Shown here piece by piece: positions 49,013-57,702 of a DNA stretch of 64,000 bases (the first letter of the stretch is position 1; the number at the start of each line of letters is the position of its first letter). The translations under genes and the position numbers were made by a program. This stretch comes from Promethearchaeia archaeon (GTDB taxonomy: Archaea; Asgardarchaeota; Lokiarchaeia; Sigyniarchaeales; SOKP01), in assembly GCA_029856105.1 (NCBI GenBank), contig JAHQWH010000155.1, forward strand, positions 71,699 through 135,698, read 5' to 3'. The notes beneath the pieces are model-generated. The model worked only from the letters and a program-made list of their open reading frames with translations, was not told the origin of the DNA and made no database searches.

Positions 49013-52000
49013 TTGAGAAGATTTAAAAAAATAATAGTTTTTGTAATAATTCTGAGTTTTCTTTCTACTCCGCTTTATAGAAATTTTAAGAAAGAAGTCA
49101 TTGCTCCTAAAATAGAAAATGACGATGGGTTTAAATGGGATTTAATAAATCCGTCTGACATCGCAGGAACAGATCTTTATGCTGAGCAGATTAATGCGTT
49201 TGTCGCGGGTAACAAGTCTATCATAAAGCAGTCCCTTTTTACTAATGATACTAGTATTTTGCCCCGTTTTGATACTAGAGACCCCGCATTTTATAAATGC
49301 AATGTTCTCTTTAGTGCATCGAATGGAATTACGCCTGAAATTTTTCCACGCGTTCTTAACGAAGATGGTTTTAATAGGCAATACGAAATGACTTTCAACA
49401 GTTTTTCTGGATTCCTTTATTACGACGAAGAAATAAACGAAGATGACGTTAAACTAAGGGCAGATAGAGCTCTCGAAATCATAAAAAGAAAGTTTGAAAT
49501 TGATCTCATAATGGTTAACGTATCTAATCCATACCTTTTTCCTTTTGTTGGTTATTATCCCGATTGGGACAATTATTTTCACGAAATCACTACAAATCTC
49601 CCTATGGACGGGTATTGGAAAGCGTTAGATGTTGAACGCTTAACATCTGAAGAATATATAAATAGTCAGCATTTATCCTCGACATTTTTTTTAGTAAATT
49701 CTTTGGATTTATTAGATAAAGATATAACCGAATCAATAGATCAAGTTAATTTTAACATCGATTCTCTCGATTTAACATACTTAGAAAATCTTGAAGATTC
49801 TGGAGGTTTTGCTGATATGTTTAGCGGTTTAACTTTATCAAACGAATCCCATTACACAAGTTTAATGGTACAATACGAAGGTTTAAGTGAGGGTATTAAA
49901 AATATTGGCGAAAATGAGTATAAATTTAATCTATGGGACGCTTTGGGTTATCAAGGAGAACCGCTTCAACCAAGTGAAAAAATATTTATAGCATTAACGG
50001 GAGCCTTTATGAGCGAAATAGATATTAATATTTTTTGCACCGAAATAGTAGATGAAACACCTAAATATTTCACCTTTTACGATTTTTTGTTAGAACAAAT
50101 AGCTTTATTGTCGTTCTATGCGGATGTTGATTTCGACGTTCAAACCTTAAAGGATTATTCATTTGAATTAATTTGGGTCGATGAAAAAGGATTTAAACAT
50201 AATTATGTCAATCCTGTAAATTTAAATGACCCTACTGATTATATAAATTTTTTACATCAACTTGGATGGCAAGGTTTGCCAGGGATTCCTACGGGAATAT
50301 TGAATCCTATCGAAGATTTTGTAATTACATATAAAGTTTCGAATTCAGAACCAAATTTACTTATTACTAAAGATTTAATTGGGGAAAACGCATCATTTGG
50401 AGTTTATAATACTTTTTCTTTTAATATAACGGCAAAAAATGTAGGAAACGAAACCGCGTGGGGCGTTCCTACTCCAATCCCAATAGAATTAGATGACGCA
50501 TTTTCAATAATTGTAGGACCAATCGGTGTAATTTTAGGGCTTGACGAAGACCTTAAAGATGCTATTTGGGAGGTGGCAAGAATTGAATATTCCGGTCAAT
50601 ATGATTCATTAGAAGATTTTTTTAATTTTGACGAGGACCCTCGGATGTTTTATTTTGATACCACTGGAGCCGGTTTAATTGATACATATTATCCAAACAT
50701 TAGTAATATCTCTGAACTTCTACCATATAACGAAAACATGAACCATGTGATTGATCTAATAGTAATTGGTAATCCACAATTGATATCTTCTTTAGAAACA
50801 ATAGGACTGCCTTCAGATTCTCTAAAAGAAACTTTCACTAATAATGAAAGTATTTGGAACGATGATAATTGGAAATTAGAACCAAATGAGATAATTTCCT
50901 ATACTTTTGACAATTTTTCCATTGAAGGATTTGACACTTTTTCTCAATTTTACAAGTACAATTTCACGATGAAAGAAACATTTCCAGAATTACCCTCATT
51001 AATTTCAGGTGTTTCGATCGAAGAAACTTCGCCTCAAATGGCATTGGCTAATGACGAAGAAGACTGGATTATCGAATCAGAAGAAAAATATGTAGACCAA
51101 CATGAAATTGAGATTCAATTTCTTTTTGAGAATACAACAAATATAGATTTAATTAACAATTCTCTAGATAGAGTTTCAATAATAATCAACTTCACAGATC
51201 CTAACAATGTTTTGGAATTTGAAGTTTTTAATTTTTCTACAGAAGAATTTCAACAGATATCCGAGTTTTTGACATCAACAGATAATAATAAATCAACGTT
51301 TTCATTTGTTAAAAATCAAGGAACATTAGATTGGTTGTTTGATCCTACAGCGAGAGATAATCATACAATCTTATTAAAAATAAAAGGAATTAGTACAAGC
51401 CTTTTTAATATTTCAATTAATGACTTAGATGTAGAGCTTTATTATAGGGATGTTAATGAATATAAGGTTTTAGGATCGAGAGTCATCTATACTTCGCTAA
51501 GTGGAATAGTTGAGTACATAAGGACCTCGAATTCAATATCTCTAAGCACTTATGATATGGCTTCGATTGTTTCCTATTCTTATTTAACCAATTATAGCAC
51601 AAAAGTGGGAGATATTAATAACCTTACATTAGTTTTTAGAAACATAGGTTCTGATTTTGCTGAAAACATTAACATTTCAATATTAATTCCGGGCATAATT
51701 TACGATCCAATCAACTTTACTATTGCGGAAAATTACCTAAAATATAATATAGATGAACTTGCTCCTTACACCGAAAAGCAAGTAAGTTTTTCTTTTTACG
51801 TTCCAAATTCTGCAATAATTGGCAGTACAAATATTAGTTATAGTACCCCAGAACATATCCAAAATTTAAATTCAACTATTTTAGAAACGCATCCAAATCA
51901 CGTCTATTTTTCCGCCCCCATTGATTATTTAACTCGTTTTCCCTATATTAAAACAATAGATATTTATTTTAATGCTTCGAATCTTGTTCCCTCTATAGGG

Positions 52001-52879
52001 GAAGAAATAAATTTGTCCGTTCACATTAAAAACAACGGTCTTGAAGGATTCAACATTCAAAACTTAACTATTTCAATGAACGATCAGTTTGGGGATTTAG
52101 CACGAATTGATAATGAAACTGTAAACATAGCGGAGATAGGATATAATGAAATTAAATCCTTTAATATAACCCTAATCAAAAGCGATTGGAAAGGGTATTT
52201 TTATCCTTCCATTAATTATGTGGAGGTTTCGGAAAATAATTTGATTCAAATTGCTTCTTCAGAACCATTAATATTAGGGAAAATTAATATTTCTATTATT
52301 AAATCAGTTGATAAGAACCAAGTTGAAATTGGGGATATTATAACTGTCGAACTTAATGTTAAAAATGTTGGAACAATTTGTGCTAAAAATGTTAGCATTA
52401 ACGACATTATTAGCTTCATAGAAATTGACTTCAACTTAATAAGTGGTAGTCTTATTAACACAATCTCTTGTTTGCAACCAGGAGATAATATGACATTTTC
52501 ATATAAAATTCAAGCTATAACTCAAACCTTATTAAAGTTAAAACCTGCCAGTGTTGAGTATTATTACCTATTGAAGATCAAGGATGCATCTAATTTAGTT
52601 GAAATTAAAGTAATAATTCCAGAAACAATTCAAGTCTTTTTTATTTTAGGTCCAATGTTAATTTCTTTATCAGTTTTAACCATTTTCCTTTGGAAAACTA
52701 AAAAATATAAAGTCAAAAAATATGAGCTTCAACGGAACGAACTATTGCTTTTCAAAGTTTCTGGCAGTATTACCGTTCTAAAAATTGAGAATACTTTAAG
52801 AGATAGATTTAATTCAATTTCTAAGGCTCAAAGTGAAAAAATTATAGAAAAAGAAAATGGAGGTGAATCCATTAGCTGA
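49013..52879 (+). CDS. Large acidic surface protein with Ig-like (CARDB/DUF11/BatD-like) domains and C-terminal membrane anchor
   Basis: Signal-peptide-like N-terminus, repeated (K/R)N(V/I)G...A.N.(S/T)I strands, IGDIITVELNVKNVG, many N-x-S/T sequons, TM helix then basic tail. Confidence 0.75.
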   Translation: MRRFKKIIVFVIILSFLSTPLYRNFKKEVIAPKIENDDGFKWDLINPSDIAGTDLYAEQINAFVAGNKSIIKQSLFTNDTSILPRFDTRDPAFYKCNVLFSASNGITPEIFPRVLNEDGFNRQYEMTFNSFSGFLYYDEEINEDDVKLRADRALEIIKRKFEIDLIMVNVSNPYLFPFVGYYPDWDNYFHEITTNLPMDGYWKALDVERLTSEEYINSQHLSSTFFLVNSLDLLDKDITESIDQVNFNIDSLDLTYLENLEDSGGFADMFSGLTLSNESHYTSLMVQYEGLSEGIKNIGENEYKFNLWDALGYQGEPLQPSEKIFIALTGAFMSEIDINIFCTEIVDETPKYFTFYDFLLEQIALLSFYADVDFDVQTLKDYSFELIWVDEKGFKHNYVNPVNLNDPTDYINFLHQLGWQGLPGIPTGILNPIEDFVITYKVSNSEPNLLITKDLIGENASFGVYNTFSFNITAKNVGNETAWGVPTPIPIELDDAFSIIVGPIGVILGLDEDLKDAIWEVARIEYSGQYDSLEDFFNFDEDPRMFYFDTTGAGLIDTYYPNISNISELLPYNENMNHVIDLIVIGNPQLISSLETIGLPSDSLKETFTNNESIWNDDNWKLEPNEIISYTFDNFSIEGFDTFSQFYKYNFTMKETFPELPSLISGVSIEETSPQMALANDEEDWIIESEEKYVDQHEIEIQFLFENTTNIDLINNSLDRVSIIINFTDPNNVLEFEVFNFSTEEFQQISEFLTSTDNNKSTFSFVKNQGTLDWLFDPTARDNHTILLKIKGISTSLFNISINDLDVELYYRDVNEYKVLGSRVIYTSLSGIVEYIRTSNSISLSTYDMASIVSYSYLTNYSTKVGDINNLTLVFRNIGSDFAENINISILIPGIIYDPINFTIAENYLKYNIDELAPYTEKQVSFSFYVPNSAIIGSTNISYSTPEHIQNLNSTILETHPNHVYFSAPIDYLTRFPYIKTIDIYFNASNLVPSIGEEINLSVHIKNNGLEGFNIQNLTISMNDQFGDLARIDNETVNIAEIGYNEIKSFNITLIKSDWKGYFYPSINYVEVSENNLIQIASSEPLILGKINISIIKSVDKNQVEIGDIITVELNVKNVGTICAKNVSINDIISFIEIDFNLISGSLINTISCLQPGDNMTFSYKIQAITQTLLKLKPASVEYYYLLKIKDASNLVEIKVIIPETIQVFFILGPMLISLSVLTIFLWKTKKYKVKKYELQRNELLLFKVSGSITVLKIENTLRDRFNSISKAQSEKIIEKENGGESIS

Positions 52880-55800
52880 AGAAACTAATTAAATTCACAC
52901 TTATTTTATTTCTTATCATAGGTTCGACTATGGGAACGAGTTTCATTTATAATTTAATAGTTCCATATCAATTAAATTTTGCAAAACAAGAGAGTGTCGA
53001 TTATCTACGTAGTTCAAATAATGGTAAAAAATCTGTTATCGTATTTTTTAATAACTCATATTATGATGATGAGGCTAAAACCAAGTTTGAATTTTATGGA
53101 GGAATTTTTAAAGAAAACGAAGATTGGAACTATAAATTTCACAATTTTTCAGGTTTTGCTGGGGTTTTTCCTTTAGAAAATATTTCCATCTATAAGCAAG
53201 AATTTCCAGAAATAAATATCGAAACTGATGAAATTATTGAAGTTCAAATGAATTATGCTAACATTCAAACCCAATCAGTTAATTCAACATGGTATATAAA
53301 TGGTTATAAAGGAAATACGGATTCTTCTATTGCTGTTTTGGACAGTGGTGTAAATCTTAACCATGACTTTTTACAAGGTAGAATTATAGATTCGCAGAAT
53401 TTTATTAGTCAAGATCCGATGACGGATGATATTGGTCATGGCACATTCATATCTTCAGTTATTGCGGGCACTGGTACTTCAACTTATAATTCTAATAGCC
53501 CTTCAATAGTGAATTTATACGGCAATTATTCTCATTTAGATCTTTTTGACGAATATTTACCTTCTAAAAACTATTCAATAAAAATCTTTTCTACTAATAT
53601 ATCAAAATCAGATTCGATTATCGCAATAAATTCCACAAGTAATTTTCAGTTAAGTGAGATAGATGAATTTTGGTTTGAGTTATATCTTAATTCTAATTTA
53701 GTCAACTCGTCTCACATTCAAAATCCTAATCAATACTATTCATTTTTTCATAAAGTTCCTCAAACTGAACAGGGAATTTACGATTTGTACATAAAGTATC
53801 ACAAAAAAATTAGTTCTATTCCTTTGTTTTCATTCAATTCGTCTGTTTCGTTCTTTCCAGAATCGTATACTGAGCATTTCAATCATTTTACAGGAATAGC
53901 TAACGCAACTAATATACTGGCATATAAGATCGTAAACCAAACTGGAAAGGGCTATGTGTCTGATATAATATCAGCAATGGCAAGTGTGATTCAAAATCGA
54001 ACGCAACATCATATCGTTAGTGTTTGTTTAAGTATTGGAACTTTAGGAGAGGATGTTTCCGCTATTAACGCTGTAATTGATGAAGTAATTGAAAACCATA
54101 TTTTAGTGGTAATTGCCGCGGGAAATAAAGGGATTGAAAGTTCAAAACCTTTTAATAAGTTAGGTATGAATAAAAACGCGATTGTTGTAGGTGCAATCAA
54201 TGATAAAGATCAAATAACATCTTATAGTAGCATGGGGCTGGATGTAGGGAATAACATTTTCAAACCAGATATAGTTGCTCCTGGAGGTAGTAAATTACCA
54301 GGCCACCGCTCTCTAATAAGCGCAGACACAAAATCGGATGAATCTACCGCATTATATGGCACATCAATTTCTACTGCGATTGTTTCAGCAGCAATTAATT
54401 TATTAATAGACGCAAAATGGGGTAGTTGGATAGAATGGAATAATCAGGATTTATCGAAGTGGGTAAAAATACTTAAAGCGGTTTTACTAATGACTGCTTC
54501 AGAAACTATTCTTGAAAGAGAAGATGATCCCGAAACAGAGATTGATGAAAGTAATTATTCCCCATCAGAATATACTGGATTGTTAAATAGTTTAAAAGAT
54601 AAACATGAAGGATACGGAAGGATAAACATACAAGCCGCCATTGATGCGTTAACTAAGAAAATTATTGTAAATCAAACTGTAATTAATAATTTAATTAATT
54701 CAGAACAAGATCCTCTTGGTAATCATGTTTTTGCTAGAAAAATTACACTACAAGAAGATATCCAATATCTATTTAATTTAACGGGTGTAGACGACAATGC
54801 TGATTTGGATTTATTCTTGTTCTCGAACGAATCTAATCAATATGGTGAACCCATATTATTACAATCAACACAAAAATGGTATGGAGATTTCGATTCGTTT
54901 TATTTCACACCGAAGTATAATCAAACAGAGTGTGTTGTTATTGTGAAAGCTATCGAAGGTAGTAGTAGTTTCAATTTAAAAATCTCAAATTTTATAAACT
55001 ATTTCGTTCCTGAGTTAAAAGTCCCTGAAATTACTTATTTTGGTGGAACGAAAAATGCTACTATCATAAGCGTCCAAGAGTTTTATGGAAATGATCCCGC
55101 AAAAAATTATACTATTGATAATTATAGGTTTTACATAGAATATTTTGATAACGATAGTTTAAATGTACCCCCACAAGAAGTACTTGTACATATTGTTGAA
55201 ACTTCAGAAAGTTATAGTTTATTTCAATTAAACGGATTAGACAACAATTATATTAATGGAGCTATTTTTGTAAGTAATTTGGTGAAGTTTTCTACATCTA
55301 ATACATACCACTATTATTTTACTGCTAGCGATGGGCTACATCTAGCGAGATATCCCCAATCTGGTGAATTGAATATTACAATTGAATCTCCAACGGATAG
55401 CGAAACATTTCCTTACACTCACGATTTTAACGAGGGTTATGGAGGTTGGACATTTAATGGAACTGGTTGGGGTTTATTAACGCAGTCCAATCAAAATGAT
55501 AATCGTTCACATCTATATTCTGAGGAGTGGTCAGCAATGTATTTTGGCAGAGATTATAATTATCCTTCAAATTACACTTATCAACCATATCTTATTACTG
55601 ATCCTTTTCCAAATGGTTCTTTGAGAAGTCCTTTATTTAACATAACACAGGTTAATGAGAGTTTTACTCAAGTTTACGCTAAGTTTGGTTTAAGAACAAG
55701 TATAAATTCTGGAGATTTTATGTATTTGCAAATTAACCCAAATTGGACCGGTTGGATTACTTTAAAAACCTATATAAATGAAGAAAGAGATTGGTTCCTC

Positions 55801-57672
55801 GAAGAAATAAATATCACGCAATATATTGGTAATTACGTGCAATTTAGATTCCTCGCATCGCTAGACGATGAGTTTGATCCTATTAATTACAAAGGAATAA
55901 TATTGGACTATTTTTCTTTAGAAAACCATACTAACCTTTATTCTCCCGAAATTGATTTTGTTCTCGAGGAAAATTTATTTGTGAATCAAGGTTTTAAATA
56001 CGACAGCTTTACATTCTCTTGTAGATATTACGATTCTGATGGAAATTATCCCGAATTTGTATACCTTGAGATTGACAATTATAACTACTCTATGATAAAC
56101 TTATTTGGAGACTGGAACATAAGTTCCAATTCTACCGGAAATCGCGGGATTTTATTTGTTAAATCGTTAGTTATTGGTGATCTTTCTGATCTTTCTTTCA
56201 ATTTTCATGTATTTGATGGAAGATTTCAAAATTCTACTATTTATTATAATCAAGATAATTCAATATTTAGTTTTCAAAACCCTAATTCATTTGAATTTAA
56301 TGTAAATCGAAACGATAAAATGATTGGATACGAGTTTTCAAGTGAATGTCTATCAGAGTATTATGTTTTGGGGAGTCCTATACAGAAAGAATTAACTCCA
56401 TGGTTAAAGGGAGATAATTCATGGCACATAACTTCCCGTTATATGCAATCATATATATATGGGGGTTTAGGTCAAAGTTTTGGTAGCCTTAATCAAGGTT
56501 ACGAGACAAATTGGGACATTAAACTAATCACACACCCATTGCATGTTAAATGTGAATATAAAGTTTACTTAAAGTATTCTTTTGATATTTCTTTGCAAAA
56601 TGAATTCTTTTTAGAACTTGACGAACTCGATAAATGTACAGTTTCGATATCAAAAAATTTTGGTGAAAGTTGGGTAATCCTTAAAGAATATTTCTTTGAT
56701 AGCGAGATTCTTTCTGGAAATGAATCGTTGGATATTTCACAATTTTCTGATGAAGATGTAATGATTATGTTTACTTTGTCTACCAATGATATTTCTATTG
56801 GCCTTGGGCATGGATGGTTGTTATCAGACATATATATAGGTTATAACAAGTCAACAGATTTTGTTACTCCTAATATTGAGATTCTTAGACCTTCAAATGA
56901 CGAATTGGTTAGTGGGATTTTTACATTTGAAGCAAATGTCAGCGATGATGTGGAATTAGACAACTCAAGGATATACATATATATTAACAACCAAATGGTT
57001 GATAGAACTTTGCTTAATTACGATCAAGCAACAGGTATTTTAATATACCAATGGGATACAACGCTATACAAAGACGGACGATACGATATAAAAGTTGTAA
57101 CATTTGATAAAGAAGGGAATAGAGGAGAATCTTCTATATCCGTCGTAGTAGAAAATGGATTTATAGATCTGCGTACGTGGGGGGTATGGTTAATAATAAT
57201 CGTAAGTGTTCTAGCTGTTTGCATAATATCATATTTTATTGCTGAGAAAAGAGGTAAGGTTTGGATTAGAAATAGTAAAAATTCAAATGTTGAGAAAATA
57301 AGGTTAAAGCATATTGATAAAGATCAAATAATCAAGAGGATAGAGTTAATAGAAACTAAAGACGAACAACAAAGACCATTAATTCTTCACTGTAAGTATT
57401 GTAGATCATGGTTTGAATCTAATAAATTCAACTATATATGTCCAATATGCGAACACGATCAAATTTATGTAGCATACAGTTGTATGAATTGCGGAAAGTG
57501 GTACTTTAAAGACGAACCGAGCGAGGACTATTATTGTAAAAACAGAAATTGCCAAGGCGTTCGGTTAATAAAACGTGAAAAAGAAGAGATTAAAGATATT
57601 TTAAATCAAGAAGGTATACTTCTAAGAAAATATGAATTTAAAAGTAAAAAATTTAGCATATTAGGCCCTTAA
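52876..57672 (+). CDS. Membrane-anchored S8 (subtilisin-like) serine protease with accessory beta-domains and cytoplasmic zinc ribbons; probable CTG start
   Basis: IAVLDSG (Asp), GHGT (His), AAGN (oxyanion Asn), KPDIVAPG, GTSIS (Ser), GYGRIN; Big-like domain WDTT...DGRY; TM helix; CxxC clusters. Confidence 0.88.
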   Translation: MKKLIKFTLILFLIIGSTMGTSFIYNLIVPYQLNFAKQESVDYLRSSNNGKKSVIVFFNNSYYDDEAKTKFEFYGGIFKENEDWNYKFHNFSGFAGVFPLENISIYKQEFPEINIETDEIIEVQMNYANIQTQSVNSTWYINGYKGNTDSSIAVLDSGVNLNHDFLQGRIIDSQNFISQDPMTDDIGHGTFISSVIAGTGTSTYNSNSPSIVNLYGNYSHLDLFDEYLPSKNYSIKIFSTNISKSDSIIAINSTSNFQLSEIDEFWFELYLNSNLVNSSHIQNPNQYYSFFHKVPQTEQGIYDLYIKYHKKISSIPLFSFNSSVSFFPESYTEHFNHFTGIANATNILAYKIVNQTGKGYVSDIISAMASVIQNRTQHHIVSVCLSIGTLGEDVSAINAVIDEVIENHILVVIAAGNKGIESSKPFNKLGMNKNAIVVGAINDKDQITSYSSMGLDVGNNIFKPDIVAPGGSKLPGHRSLISADTKSDESTALYGTSISTAIVSAAINLLIDAKWGSWIEWNNQDLSKWVKILKAVLLMTASETILEREDDPETEIDESNYSPSEYTGLLNSLKDKHEGYGRINIQAAIDALTKKIIVNQTVINNLINSEQDPLGNHVFARKITLQEDIQYLFNLTGVDDNADLDLFLFSNESNQYGEPILLQSTQKWYGDFDSFYFTPKYNQTECVVIVKAIEGSSSFNLKISNFINYFVPELKVPEITYFGGTKNATIISVQEFYGNDPAKNYTIDNYRFYIEYFDNDSLNVPPQEVLVHIVETSESYSLFQLNGLDNNYINGAIFVSNLVKFSTSNTYHYYFTASDGLHLARYPQSGELNITIESPTDSETFPYTHDFNEGYGGWTFNGTGWGLLTQSNQNDNRSHLYSEEWSAMYFGRDYNYPSNYTYQPYLITDPFPNGSLRSPLFNITQVNESFTQVYAKFGLRTSINSGDFMYLQINPNWTGWITLKTYINEERDWFLEEINITQYIGNYVQFRFLASLDDEFDPINYKGIILDYFSLENHTNLYSPEIDFVLEENLFVNQGFKYDSFTFSCRYYDSDGNYPEFVYLEIDNYNYSMINLFGDWNISSNSTGNRGILFVKSLVIGDLSDLSFNFHVFDGRFQNSTIYYNQDNSIFSFQNPNSFEFNVNRNDKMIGYEFSSECLSEYYVLGSPIQKELTPWLKGDNSWHITSRYMQSYIYGGLGQSFGSLNQGYETNWDIKLITHPLHVKCEYKVYLKYSFDISLQNEFFLELDELDKCTVSISKNFGESWVILKEYFFDSEILSGNESLDISQFSDEDVMIMFTLSTNDISIGLGHGWLLSDIYIGYNKSTDFVTPNIEILRPSNDELVSGIFTFEANVSDDVELDNSRIYIYINNQMVDRTLLNYDQATGILIYQWDTTLYKDGRYDIKVVTFDKEGNRGESSISVVVENGFIDLRTWGVWLIIIVSVLAVCIISYFIAEKRGKVWIRNSKNSNVEKIRLKHIDKDQIIKRIELIETKDEQQRPLILHCKYCRSWFESNKFNYICPICEHDQIYVAYSCMNCGKWYFKDEPSEDYYCKNRNCQGVRLIKREKEEIKDILNQEGILLRKYEFKSKKFSILGP

Positions 57673-57702
57673 GTTAAATTAAACTAATAAAAGCTGGAAA
57701 AA

